A DNA stretch of 64,000 nt, taken from positions 106,057 to 170,056 of the IMG/VR virus record IMGVR_UViG_3300011113_000664, one strand, 5' to 3'. Below, piece after piece: positions 19,771 through 30,049 of the stretch (position 1 is its first letter; every line of letters starts with the position of its first letter). Position numbers and translations under genes: made by a program. Below the pieces are notes generated by a model. That model saw nothing but the letters and a program-made list of their open reading frames with translations. It made no database searches and was not told the origin of the DNA. The stretch comes from a virus.

Positions 19771-19948
19771 TTACGAAGAATTAATAGCGCAAGAAGTTAA
19801 TTTTCTTGTTGAAAGTAATTATTCATATCATGATGTCATGTATATGATGCCTGTGTATATGCGTAAAAAAATAATAGGTATAATCTTTGAAAAGAATCAA
19901 AAACTTCTAAAAGAAAAACAAAAAGCAGCAGGTTATAAAGATGTTTAA
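19742..19948 (+). CDS. gp51-like / chaperone C-terminal extension, possibly frameshift-expressed
   Basis: 'EVNFLVESNYSYHDVMYMMPVYMRKKII' lies in the +1 frame overlapping the end of the previous gene, with no convincing start of its own. Confidence 0.5.
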   Translation, partial: VSTFFIQDNNYEELIAQEVNFLVESNYSYHDVMYMMPVYMRKKIIGIIFEKNQKLLKEKQKAAGYKDV

Positions 19949-19972
19949 TATCTATTTATATTAAAATATAAT

Positions 19973-20944
19973 ATGAAGATATTATCTTATAAGATATTAA
20001 ATGAAGCTACTGTAAATCTTTTTAATAAAAATGCAAGTGCTTTAGGAGGTGGTATTAGCCGTAACTTATTAAAAACAACACAAATCTCTAAAAGAAGAGG
20101 TATTGAAGGTGCTAGTGATACCTTAAAATATATGACTCGTTTTATTCAGTTGTTGTTTAATTTTTATGATGCACAAGGGAATGTTCAACTTTCTAGTGAT
20201 ATAAATGTTGCTTTTGGTATATATTTTAGTGAGGGTGGAACTAAAGCACATATATTACCCTATTATTCAGAATCAATACAAAACTTAATGGAAGAAAATC
20301 TTCAATATGCAACTTTGGAGTTATTTAACCCAAATGATTTAAGTGAAAAAATAAATATTGAAGATTATTTTAATAATTTTGAAATAGCAAGATATCCATT
20401 TAAATTAGAAATATCAAATCTAAATACATTTAAAAATATTAATGATGAATATAAATTTAGTTTTTTAAATGTTTTAACAAATTTTGCAAATAAAACCCCA
20501 ACAAATAATATTACAATTGGTTTTAATGCTTCTAGTGGATTAAGAAGATTAAGTTTAGATAGAGGTCAACAAGGTCAAAGTAGTCAACAAAATTATTCTT
20601 TTATTCAATTTGAGGTTTCTATTCCACAAAGTCCACAAACTCAAACTATAATTACTACAGCAGAGGTAGCACAAATAAACAATTTATTCAAAAATAATGG
20701 ACAACAAAATTGTATTATTGAATTTAATAATGCTACTAGACAAAGAGGTGTAAATTTACCTAATTTAAGATATACTACTAAAATAACTTACCAAACAAAT
20801 AAAGTATTATACATTTATAGTACTAATCAAATAAATACAAGAGTTCAACCACAAAATATGATGAATAATGCAGGTAGAATTTTTATACAATTAGGTACTG
20901 CTATTCCAAAAGAATGCAATTTAAAAATAATTCAATTAACTTAA
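19973..20944 (+). CDS. Hypothetical protein, probably virion-associated
   Basis: 323-aa ORF between the chaperone and tape measure genes, with CTATTTATA upstream. Confidence 0.55.
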   Translation: MKILSYKILNEATVNLFNKNASALGGGISRNLLKTTQISKRRGIEGASDTLKYMTRFIQLLFNFYDAQGNVQLSSDINVAFGIYFSEGGTKAHILPYYSESIQNLMEENLQYATLELFNPNDLSEKINIEDYFNNFEIARYPFKLEISNLNTFKNINDEYKFSFLNVLTNFANKTPTNNITIGFNASSGLRRLSLDRGQQGQSSQQNYSFIQFEVSIPQSPQTQTIITTAEVAQINNLFKNNGQQNCIIEFNNATRQRGVNLPNLRYTTKITYQTNKVLYIYSTNQINTRVQPQNMMNNAGRIFIQLGTAIPKECNLKIIQLT

Positions 20945-20951
20945 TTAAACG

Positions 20952-23363
20952 ATGACACCTGAAGAAAGATTAAAATTATTAGCTGAACAGGTAAACTCAG
21001 CAAATGAACTTAATGAGGTATATTCAAGAATAAGTTATACAATTGAACAACAAAATAAATCATTAAGTGGATTTTATAATGCTCAAAAAGAAGTTTTAAG
21101 ATTATCAAGAGAAGAAAGTTTAATTAAAAAAACTCAAAAACAAATATTAAAGGAAATTGAAGCTGTTCAAGAAGGAATTAATGATGGTTCAATAATAGAA
21201 ACAGCCGAAATTAAAAAACAAAAAGCATTATTAGAGGGTAAGTTAGCTACTTTAGAAAAAACCAAAAAAGAAATTCAAGATGAAAAGGCTTTACTTGAAG
21301 ATAATTCTAGTTTAATTAAAGCAAGTTTAAATACTCTTAAAGACCAATCTATTGCTTGGGCAAGTCAAGAATTTTCAGTTAGTAATATATGGGGTTATTT
21401 ACAACAGATTGATGGTGCAATAAGAACAACACAATTAAATCTTGGTGTATCAGGTAGTAAAGCCCAAATGATGAGGGAACAGTTTGAAGGTGCTGTTAAT
21501 GCTGCTCAAAGGTTTGGTGCTAGTGCAAAAGACATTTCAGAACTACAAGAAGGAATAGCTGATGCAACAGGTAGAGCAGCAGCCTTTACAAGCAATGAAT
21601 TAGTTTCATTAGTGCAAATTGCTAAAGGAACAGGTCTTCAAAATACTGAAACAGCAAAGTTAGTTGGTACAATGCAAAACTTTGGTTTAAGTGTTGAAAC
21701 ATCAAAAGATTTAATTGAAGATAGTATTAATTCAACAGCAAAGTTAGGACTAAGTTCAAATGGAGTTTTAAAAAAATTAATTCAAAATATTGATAAACTC
21801 AATAATTATAGATTTGATAAGGGTGTAAAGGGTATTGAGGAAATGGCTAAAGCATCTGAAAAGTTTAGATTTTCAATGGAAGGTGTGTTTTCTGCTGCTG
21901 AAAAGTTTAGAACACTTGAAGGATTACTTGAAGCAGGTGCAACATTAAGAGTATTAGGTGGTGAGTTTGCTAAAATGGATGAGTTTAAACTTTCATTTCT
22001 TGCAAGAAATAAACCACAAGAATTCGCTGTTGAAATGGCTAAACTTACAAAGGGTATGGCAACATTTAATAAAACAACAGGTGAATTTGATGTTACAGAT
22101 GTTGATTATGATAGGTTAAGGGCTGTAGCAGAAGCAACAGGTAGAGAAGTTGGTGATTTAGTTCAACAAGCAAAAACATTTAATCAAATAAACTTTGCTA
22201 AAAGTCAAATATTTGCCAATATCAAAGATTCTGATAAAGAAATGATTGCTAGTTTAGCAAAGTTCAAACCTGGTAGTACAATAGGTACAATACAAATAGG
22301 TGATAAAAATGTTAAACTAACTGAACTAACTAAAGACCAAATTAATTTATTAACACAAGAACAAAAAACATTAAAAGAAAGAGCAGAAGCATCACAAAAT
22401 TTTGATGAATCATTTAAAAATACTATCATGCAAGTTAAATCAAGTCTATTACCTTTATTAGAATATGTTAATAAAGGATTAGATAAGTTTAATGGTTTAA
22501 TTGACATGTTTAGAGATTCAACAGGTAAATTATCTGCATGGTCTTTGACAGTACCTGCTCTTGGTTTATTACTAGGTACAGCAGGTGGTGCAATTATATT
22601 AAACTTAATAAAAGCAATATTTAGTCTTGCTGGTAGTGGTATTGGTAAATTATTTGGTGGTTTAGGTGGTGCTTTAGGTGGAGGTGGTGGTGGAGGTGGT
22701 ATTGGTTTGATGGGTGCAAGCATAAAAACATTAACAGGTATTGGTATTGCTGCTGTAGGTGTTGGTGCAGGTTTATATTTTGCTGCAAAAGGTGCAGCAT
22801 CTCTTGCTTCAGCATTTAAAGGTATGAGTGGTGGTCAGATAAGTGCTGTTGCCTTGGCTTTAGGTGTTTTAGGTGCATCAATCGTAGGTATTGTTGCTTT
22901 AGCACCTGCAATGGGTATGGCAGCACCTGAATTACTTGCATTTGGTGCAGGAATTGCTGCTATTGGTGCAGGGGTTGGTGCAATGTACGCAGGTTTAGGT
23001 TATGGTATTGGTCAAGCAACACAAGGTATTAGTTCAATCATTAAAGCAGTTAAGGGTGATATTGATTTTTCTGGAATGAATTTTGAAAATTTAGAAAATT
23101 TAAAAATTTTAAAATCTTTTACAGAAACTGATATTAATAGAATGAATGAAATGTTTGATATATTAAATCAGATTAATTCAATTGATACATCTAAACTTGA
23201 TGCGTTACAAAAATTATTTACAAACGCTACTTTAAAGGTTCAACTTGAGGGTAACCCAACGATTAACAACAACATAACAGTTGAGGTTGATGGAGAGAAA
23301 TTCTATAAAAGGGTAGAAAAAATGATACCAATTGTGGTCAAAAAAGGAGTAATGCCAAAATAA
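20952..23363 (+). CDS. Tape measure protein
   Basis: Long helical/coiled-coil Ala/Gly-rich protein with C-terminal hydrophobic Gly/Ala segments, in tail-gene context. Confidence 0.8.
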   Translation: MTPEERLKLLAEQVNSANELNEVYSRISYTIEQQNKSLSGFYNAQKEVLRLSREESLIKKTQKQILKEIEAVQEGINDGSIIETAEIKKQKALLEGKLATLEKTKKEIQDEKALLEDNSSLIKASLNTLKDQSIAWASQEFSVSNIWGYLQQIDGAIRTTQLNLGVSGSKAQMMREQFEGAVNAAQRFGASAKDISELQEGIADATGRAAAFTSNELVSLVQIAKGTGLQNTETAKLVGTMQNFGLSVETSKDLIEDSINSTAKLGLSSNGVLKKLIQNIDKLNNYRFDKGVKGIEEMAKASEKFRFSMEGVFSAAEKFRTLEGLLEAGATLRVLGGEFAKMDEFKLSFLARNKPQEFAVEMAKLTKGMATFNKTTGEFDVTDVDYDRLRAVAEATGREVGDLVQQAKTFNQINFAKSQIFANIKDSDKEMIASLAKFKPGSTIGTIQIGDKNVKLTELTKDQINLLTQEQKTLKERAEASQNFDESFKNTIMQVKSSLLPLLEYVNKGLDKFNGLIDMFRDSTGKLSAWSLTVPALGLLLGTAGGAIILNLIKAIFSLAGSGIGKLFGGLGGALGGGGGGGGIGLMGASIKTLTGIGIAAVGVGAGLYFAAKGAASLASAFKGMSGGQISAVALALGVLGASIVGIVALAPAMGMAAPELLAFGAGIAAIGAGVGAMYAGLGYGIGQATQGISSIIKAVKGDIDFSGMNFENLENLKILKSFTETDINRMNEMFDILNQINSIDTSKLDALQKLFTNATLKVQLEGNPTINNNITVEVDGEKFYKRVEKMIPIVVKKGVMPK

Positions 23364-23394
23364 GGCTTATATTTGATTTCAACGGATTTTAATT

Positions 23395-24303
23395 TTGAGT
23401 TTAAAAGGGAGAAATATTAAAACGCATATGCATTTGCCATTGGAAATGGTGAACCGCATTATGTCTTCCTCCACTTACAACTTTAATGAATTCAAAACAT
23501 ATTTAGCTTTTGCGTTCCATACATCAGGAAACTGTAAGTTAAATAATGAAATTAAAAATGAAATTTCAAACCATTTAGGTATATCTCAAAGAACATTAAT
23601 TAAACATATTAAAACTTTAATTGATAAGAAATACTTTGGTTATAATTATAAAACAAATACTTTGTTTATAAATGGTTTAAAAAAGATTAAACGATTAGTA
23701 TATTTTAACGAAGATTTTGATAAACGTGTATTAACTAAAACATCATTTGTATTAAACATATCTGATTTTGACAAATTAAAATTTTTAACATTTACCGCTA
23801 CCGAAAAATTTATCTTAACTTATCAATCCGAATATAAAGAGGAACTGAAGTTAAAAGAATTTTTAGTTAGTATAGATTCATTGGAACGGTATGAAAAAGG
23901 GAACAAATCTGAAAAAAGACGTTTAAAAAGGATATATAACATCGAAAATAACAAGGGAGATTCAATGAAAAAGCAAAATCCAAACCGCCTTGTTATTGAA
24001 GATGAATATTTAGGAGTTTCAAACTCTTTTATATCTAATAGATTTAATAGAACTAAATCATGGGGTTCTAAGATGAAAAAGAAATCAAGTAATCTAAATC
24101 TATTACAATACAATAAAAAGTCTAGATTTATTCAGTCATTCCCTCTTTCGTTTAATGTAAGGAAGTATTTATCAATTAATTATCCCGAAAAGTATAATAG
24201 ATTTTTTATAAAAAGGGTTAATGATAAGATAAATGTTTATGAAACTCTCTATGATGAGATTATTCCTAATATCTCTTTAACTACAAGAAGGAAGAAAAAC
24301 TAA
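23395..24303 (+). CDS. Basic HTH DNA-binding protein (replication-initiator-like)
   Basis: wHTH-like 'EISNHLGISQRTLIKHIKTLIDKKY' and a second HTH-like 'SNSFISNRFNRTKSWGSK'. Very Lys-rich; true start may be a nearby downstream ATG. Confidence 0.5.
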   Translation: MSLKGRNIKTHMHLPLEMVNRIMSSSTYNFNEFKTYLAFAFHTSGNCKLNNEIKNEISNHLGISQRTLIKHIKTLIDKKYFGYNYKTNTLFINGLKKIKRLVYFNEDFDKRVLTKTSFVLNISDFDKLKFLTFTATEKFILTYQSEYKEELKLKEFLVSIDSLERYEKGNKSEKRRLKRIYNIENNKGDSMKKQNPNRLVIEDEYLGVSNSFISNRFNRTKSWGSKMKKKSSNLNLLQYNKKSRFIQSFPLSFNVRKYLSINYPEKYNRFFIKRVNDKINVYETLYDEIIPNISLTTRRKKN

Positions 24304-24438
24304 AGATTAGTATATTTTGGAAAATTTGGAAACCATAAGGAAAGCAATACAATAAAAGAAAAAAAGAAACCTCCTTTTTTTAAAATCTTATACATCTATT
24401 TATATGAAACATTATTTAGTAAATATTTCTATTTTTCT

Positions 24439-27400
24439 ATGAGTTTAAATTTTGACCCAATAGACCCTAATAAAGAAATTTTAGGTGATAACCACCCATT
24501 TAAAGGTGATAATGGTATTGCTGCATTTGAAGATATCAGGTCTTATGTTCAATTAAGTATGAAACCTAAAAATTCTAATTTTATTGAATTAACTAATAAT
24601 AGCGTAACTAATGTATCAAAAGTATCAGATAGTTCAATTATTACACTAGGTGGGTTTTATAAAAGAGGTAAAGAAAATTATTATTCTACAAATTATACTG
24701 ATGAGATAATGGGGGGTAATCAAGACCAAAATAAATATTATGAAGGTTTTGGAATTAAAAATATTGATATAACTTTTGATGCAAATAAAATACCACAAGT
24801 AACAATAGTTTTTTATGACTCAAGAGGTAATGTAATTAATAATTTTAATAGCCCATATGCTAAAATGTTTCAAATACCATATCCAATATTTGAGTTAACT
24901 ATTAAAGGAGGTTTTGGACCAAAAATTACATATAGAATTTTAAAAATTAAAGATGATATATCAATTGATGAATTTGGTAACTATATTATAACAAGTAAAT
25001 TTATTGGTGATAGATTTGCCCCACTTAGCGACTTGCCATTATTATATTTAATGGCAGTTCCTTTTTTAGATGGAAAAAATGTCAATCCTTTTAATGATAC
25101 AACAATCGATAGCTTCCATGAATTAATAGCAATATCAAAAAAACTATATGAAAGAATTAATCAAGACCAAGAAAGTGACCAAGAATTAAGAAACCAACAA
25201 ATAATATCTGATTTAGCTGAACAAAGAACCAATTATAATGAAATTTTAAATACCATAAGAGACCCAAAAAAACTTGAAGAGCATGTTAAAAATTCTGCTG
25301 AAAAACAAAAATATGGTGATGAAATTGAAAATAAAATATTAAATTATATTAAGAGTGGAACTTTTAAATTAGATGAAAATAAAATAGAATTTGATATATC
25401 AGAAACCATTCCACTTGCTCCACAAGTATGGGAATCAATTGCTACAATTTTAATAGAATATGTTGATAACTTAAACGGAGGTGAAAATAATATTAAACCA
25501 ATATATGGATTTTCAACAAGAATCAGAGGTCAACAACAACAAAATAATACTAGAGTTGTTAGTGAAATAAATTTTACCGATTTAGTAAAAGCAATTAAAG
25601 ATTTAGATGATAAAATAACTGAAAAAGGTTATCAATTTCATGATGATAAAGTTATAAGATTAGTTAATACAGAAAAACAAATTCTAGGAGATACTAGACT
25701 TACAATTTTTAATGTTTTTAATGTAATAATTAATGATTATAATACATTAATGACTAAAATTCGTGATGCAGGTGATAAAGGTTATAAAGCTAAAATAAAT
25801 GGAAATAGAAAAGATTTAAAGGAATCTGTAGATAGAATGGGTTTTCCAACAGTTATTGATGTTAATACAAATACTATTATATATCCGGGAGAAAATAGTT
25901 TATTTAAAGATTGGGATGAAGTTAAATTAATTGAAGATTTTATTAATGCTTATCAAAAAGCATTAAAACAAAATGTTTTACTTGATGCTTTGTTAAATAA
26001 AGATGAAGATGGTAGAAATAAATATATACCAATCAATCCAAGAGAAGTTTACGAAATTGATGATAGTTTAAATTTAATAGCATCACCTGTATACCAAAAT
26101 GTTTATTTTAAAAATAAAACACCTCAGTCAATATATAAATTAATGTACCAAAGATTTTTATGTTTTGCAAATGTAAATGCAAATATAAACGCAACTAAAG
26201 ATTCTTTTTCTAAATGGAATACAAATCCAAAAAAAGAAGAAGAGTCTTGGCTTGATTTTATAAAGTTTTTTAATAATAATGATATTGAAAATGTAGATTC
26301 ACAGAAAGCATTATTTTATTCTTTTATTGATATTGAAGCAAGAAACATTGCTTATTCAATATCATTTGATGATGCAATGAAAAAAGATATGAATGTATTG
26401 GCAAAAAACTTTAGTGAAGTTTTTTTTAAAAATAATTCAACCCATCCATTAACAAAAAGTATACAACCAATTGCTTTTAATACTTTAGAAATACCAAATA
26501 CTATACAACCATTTAATGATGATTATGTTACAGTTTCTGAAGCTGCACCAACAGCAATAGATGGTAAATCAATAAGTAATGATATTATTACCAATTATAT
26601 GTTAAACTTAAATAATATAAGTGGTAATATATATAAAATAACTAATGATAATATTTTATATGTTGAAGATAAAAAATTAAATAGCGGAAATAAAGAAAGT
26701 GATTATGATAATGGTGATGATACCTTGGTTAGTCAAATAGAAAATAATGAACCCATATTACAGTTAATAAATGCAAAAGAAAATTTAATTACATTTGATT
26801 TAGAAAAATTATATAAAAATTCTAGATATCCTGCATTAGTACAAGTTCCAAGAGGAATATTAATTTTATTAGGTTCTATTGTAAGGTCAATATATACTCA
26901 ATTTCAAGATTCAGCTTATTTTAAAATACCAACTAATAAAGGATTCATTATTATAAAAAATCAAAGTAAATTTTATAAATTAATATTTAAAGAATCGGTA
27001 GATTTTGATAAAAATTATGGATTTAAATCAGTATATCAATATGACCCTAATACTAAAAAATTTACTAATTTTACTTGCTTTAGGGATAATAGTTCATTAA
27101 AAACAGATGAACAAATATTAGAATACATATATACAAAAAGATATATAAGTGTTAATGATTTTTCGTTTACTATAAAAAGAATAAATTCAATACAATCAAG
27201 TTTACTAGTATTATTATTAGGAAATAATGAAGAATTATTTCAATCAACATCAACAACATTAGCACAAAATATAGGAGTTTTAAAAAATGGTATTACAAAC
27301 CCAAATGCAATAGAATCAACTTTATATACACAATATTTAAAAGTTTTATTACCCAAAATTGCACAACTTATAAAAGAGGATGATAAAAAATTAAATGATA

Positions 27401-29157
27401 AATTAAAAAATTTCGATTCATACATACAAGATAATAATGTAAAGTTATCAATCTATAAATCTTTTCAAGTGATTTATGAAAATTATCTTCATGGAGTTAA
27501 TGATTTTAAATTAGAAATATCACAAAACAAAGAAACTAGTTCTTTTTTATTTGTAGACAGAGCATATAGAGATATTTCAAATGAATGTGTTTTGGATTTA
27601 AAAACATTATTAAATGATACTAATGATTATGAAGTTAGTTTACTTAGTTCAATATCTAGATTATTAGCGGATAATAATTTTTGGTTTTATCCATCATCAA
27701 CATTTGCATCAACAGCAAAAGATTATAAAAATTTATTTAAAATTGATTATTATCAAACATTGGAAGTAAAACCAAAATTCCTTGCAATTTATGTTGGTGG
27801 TTTATCAAGTAATCCAAGAAATACATCAAGTGATTATTTACTCGCTGATGATGGTATTAAAAGAAATATTATCCCAAGTGATTTAGGTAATGGTAATAAT
27901 GCTATTTTTGATGGAACAGGATTAAATGCATTTTTAGTAAACTATACAGGTATACAGAATCAAACAGTATTTTCAAATCTTCAAGTTTCAACTGAATCGT
28001 TAAAAAATACAGATGAGGGATTAAGAATTCAATCAGAAATTATCAATAATAATAGTAATTCTTATTCAATACCAAAAGGTCAATCATTATTAAATGTTTA
28101 TCAAAAACAAAGTTATTCATCAACAGTAAAAATTCCTTTTGGTAATATGGGTATTCAACCAAGCCAATACTATTATCAAGAATGCATTCCATTATTTGAT
28201 GGTCTTTACATCATTTTCAATGTTTCACATACAATCGATGCTGATACACAAAGACTTGAAACAACATTTAAAGGTTATAGACTTAAAAAAGATAAAAATC
28301 CAATTGTAACAAACCCATTTGTAGATTATTATACAAATGATGTTTATACAAGAACATTAAATGATTTAGGTGTTGCTACAAATGTAATAAATACACCAGC
28401 TTATGACCCTAATCTTGATTTTTGGACAAACGCAAGAAACTTTGTACTTGGTAATGAAGGTTTTGTTGGTCATTGCTATTGGGATATTAATAATTGGAGA
28501 ATCGGTTATGGTAGTCAAGTTTTAGCGTTAAATGGTGCATTAAAAGCAGTAGGTGATGATAGATTTAATAAAAAATATTTTATTACTTTACCAAATGACC
28601 CAATACAATGGCCTGTCAATGTTGATTTAGATACAGGAAAAATTGGATATCAAAAACTTCCTAATGGTTATGTAAAAGAATATAAATATTTTACATTAAA
28701 AGCTGAAGACCCAAAAGATGATAAATATCAATGGGATGCTGCAAGAAATATTAAAAATGACCAATATGCAGGTTATGTAAAAGATTTTTATACAAGAGCA
28801 TTGGCTGATAAAGCATTTGATTATACATTCAATCTTTTACTTAAAGGTGTAAAAAAAATAAATCCGGAAGGTTTTGAAAAACTTACACCTAGAGGACAAA
28901 TAGGTGCTACATATGTTGCTTATGGATTTGGTAGTATAAGTAATGAAAAAGTGAATATGTCAAATATAAAAGCTGCAATCACAGCAGGTAATGATGAACA
29001 ATTAGCAAGAGCAATTATAACAGATATTGCAGCTAAAAAAGCAAGAGTTCCGCATCAATCATATTATAATACCGCTAAATATATTGACCAAAATATTTTA
29101 TTTAAACTTACAGATGAAGAAAAGGAAAAATTAAAGCAATTAAAAGTTCTTTTTTAA
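24439..29157 (+). CDS. Large baseplate hub/tail protein with a C-terminal GH24-like lysozyme
   Basis: N-terminal 'GFGIKNIDI..PQVTIVFYD.RG..F..PYPIFELTIKG', hub-like 'GNMGIQP..Y....PLFDGLYII.NVSHTI', and lysozyme motif 'NEGFVGHCYWDINNWRIGYG'. Confidence 0.7.
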   Translation: MSLNFDPIDPNKEILGDNHPFKGDNGIAAFEDIRSYVQLSMKPKNSNFIELTNNSVTNVSKVSDSSIITLGGFYKRGKENYYSTNYTDEIMGGNQDQNKYYEGFGIKNIDITFDANKIPQVTIVFYDSRGNVINNFNSPYAKMFQIPYPIFELTIKGGFGPKITYRILKIKDDISIDEFGNYIITSKFIGDRFAPLSDLPLLYLMAVPFLDGKNVNPFNDTTIDSFHELIAISKKLYERINQDQESDQELRNQQIISDLAEQRTNYNEILNTIRDPKKLEEHVKNSAEKQKYGDEIENKILNYIKSGTFKLDENKIEFDISETIPLAPQVWESIATILIEYVDNLNGGENNIKPIYGFSTRIRGQQQQNNTRVVSEINFTDLVKAIKDLDDKITEKGYQFHDDKVIRLVNTEKQILGDTRLTIFNVFNVIINDYNTLMTKIRDAGDKGYKAKINGNRKDLKESVDRMGFPTVIDVNTNTIIYPGENSLFKDWDEVKLIEDFINAYQKALKQNVLLDALLNKDEDGRNKYIPINPREVYEIDDSLNLIASPVYQNVYFKNKTPQSIYKLMYQRFLCFANVNANINATKDSFSKWNTNPKKEEESWLDFIKFFNNNDIENVDSQKALFYSFIDIEARNIAYSISFDDAMKKDMNVLAKNFSEVFFKNNSTHPLTKSIQPIAFNTLEIPNTIQPFNDDYVTVSEAAPTAIDGKSISNDIITNYMLNLNNISGNIYKITNDNILYVEDKKLNSGNKESDYDNGDDTLVSQIENNEPILQLINAKENLITFDLEKLYKNSRYPALVQVPRGILILLGSIVRSIYTQFQDSAYFKIPTNKGFIIIKNQSKFYKLIFKESVDFDKNYGFKSVYQYDPNTKKFTNFTCFRDNSSLKTDEQILEYIYTKRYISVNDFSFTIKRINSIQSSLLVLLLGNNEELFQSTSTTLAQNIGVLKNGITNPNAIESTLYTQYLKVLLPKIAQLIKEDDKKLNDKLKNFDSYIQDNNVKLSIYKSFQVIYENYLHGVNDFKLEISQNKETSSFLFVDRAYRDISNECVLDLKTLLNDTNDYEVSLLSSISRLLADNNFWFYPSSTFASTAKDYKNLFKIDYYQTLEVKPKFLAIYVGGLSSNPRNTSSDYLLADDGIKRNIIPSDLGNGNNAIFDGTGLNAFLVNYTGIQNQTVFSNLQVSTESLKNTDEGLRIQSEIINNNSNSYSIPKGQSLLNVYQKQSYSSTVKIPFGNMGIQPSQYYYQECIPLFDGLYIIFNVSHTIDADTQRLETTFKGYRLKKDKNPIVTNPFVDYYTNDVYTRTLNDLGVATNVINTPAYDPNLDFWTNARNFVLGNEGFVGHCYWDINNWRIGYGSQVLALNGALKAVGDDRFNKKYFITLPNDPIQWPVNVDLDTGKIGYQKLPNGYVKEYKYFTLKAEDPKDDKYQWDAARNIKNDQYAGYVKDFYTRALADKAFDYTFNLLLKGVKKINPEGFEKLTPRGQIGATYVAYGFGSISNEKVNMSNIKAAITAGNDEQLARAIITDIAAKKARVPHQSYYNTAKYIDQNILFKLTDEEKEKLKQLKVLF

Positions 29158-29193
29158 TTTTTTTAATAAAAAATTTTCTTTAGATTTGCCAAC

Positions 29194-29838
29194 ATGAAAT
29201 TGGCCTATCTATATGGTATTGAGGAGGTAAACCCTTACCTGTCAACCTATTCCCATTATCCTGTTACAAAAAATATTTCATTTGTAACTGAAATAGAAAA
29301 TGATAAACCATTATTGATAGTTGGAATTAAAAAAGCAAGAGAGATATATCCAAATCAAATTGATTTAGAAAATAATCATATTGAAAAAAACATCTATTGG
29401 TGTTATTCACCTGAAGAATACTTATCAGAGTTTTTAAAAAAATATGAGGAATTTATTTTAAATATTCACAATATTTATTTGAATCTTATTGATTTTGAAA
29501 TAGTTGATATTTTTTTCTCAAAACTTTTTAATAAAAATGATTTATTAAAATTTTTAACACAGACAAGTTTTGATGTCTTATATCAGTTAAATAAAACACT
29601 TTATTGTTATTCTAAAAATAACAATAAAATTTATATTATTAATTTGAATGAGTTTTTTTGGTTTAACTTAATTAAAATAGATGATTATACTGAATTTGTA
29701 AAAGATTTAAATTTTTATTATGATTCGGATAATAAGATAATTAATTATTTTACTAATTTATTTTTAGGGCAAGATAATTTCTTTATAGAAAAGACAATTC
29801 CTTATTTTATTTATTTAAAGAATAAAAATAAACACTAA
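29194..29838 (+). CDS. Hypothetical protein
   Basis: 214-aa ORF with TAGATTTG 5 nt upstream. Confidence 0.6.
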   Translation: MKLAYLYGIEEVNPYLSTYSHYPVTKNISFVTEIENDKPLLIVGIKKAREIYPNQIDLENNHIEKNIYWCYSPEEYLSEFLKKYEEFILNIHNIYLNLIDFEIVDIFFSKLFNKNDLLKFLTQTSFDVLYQLNKTLYCYSKNNNKIYIINLNEFFWFNLIKIDDYTEFVKDLNFYYDSDNKIINYFTNLFLGQDNFFIEKTIPYFIYLKNKNKH

Positions 29839-29857
29839 TTATAAGAAAATAATAGCT

Positions 29858-30049
29858 ATGGAAAATAAGGATTTAAACAAAAAACTTTCTGAAATTATTT
29901 CTTCAAATGAAGAAGAAAATCAGAATCAAGAATCTGAGGTTGTTGTAAAAGTTAGAGATGGTTTATTTGAACATACTGAAGTAGTTAACAAAAAGTATGT
30001 AACTAGTGATGGTAGACAATTATTAAAAGAAGTAACATTTGAGCAATAA
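29858..30049 (+). CDS. Small conserved-looking phage protein
   Basis: 63 aa, 'RDGLFE...NKKYVTSDGRQLLKE'. Confidence 0.55.
   Translation: MENKDLNKKLSEIISSNEEENQNQESEVVVKVRDGLFEHTEVVNKKYVTSDGRQLLKEVTFEQ

Noticed and set aside
22655-22705. GGT/GGA-rich repeat in the tape measure gene (similar tracts near 11780-11820 and 13000-13030)
   Set aside because: These simply encode poly-Gly linkers.
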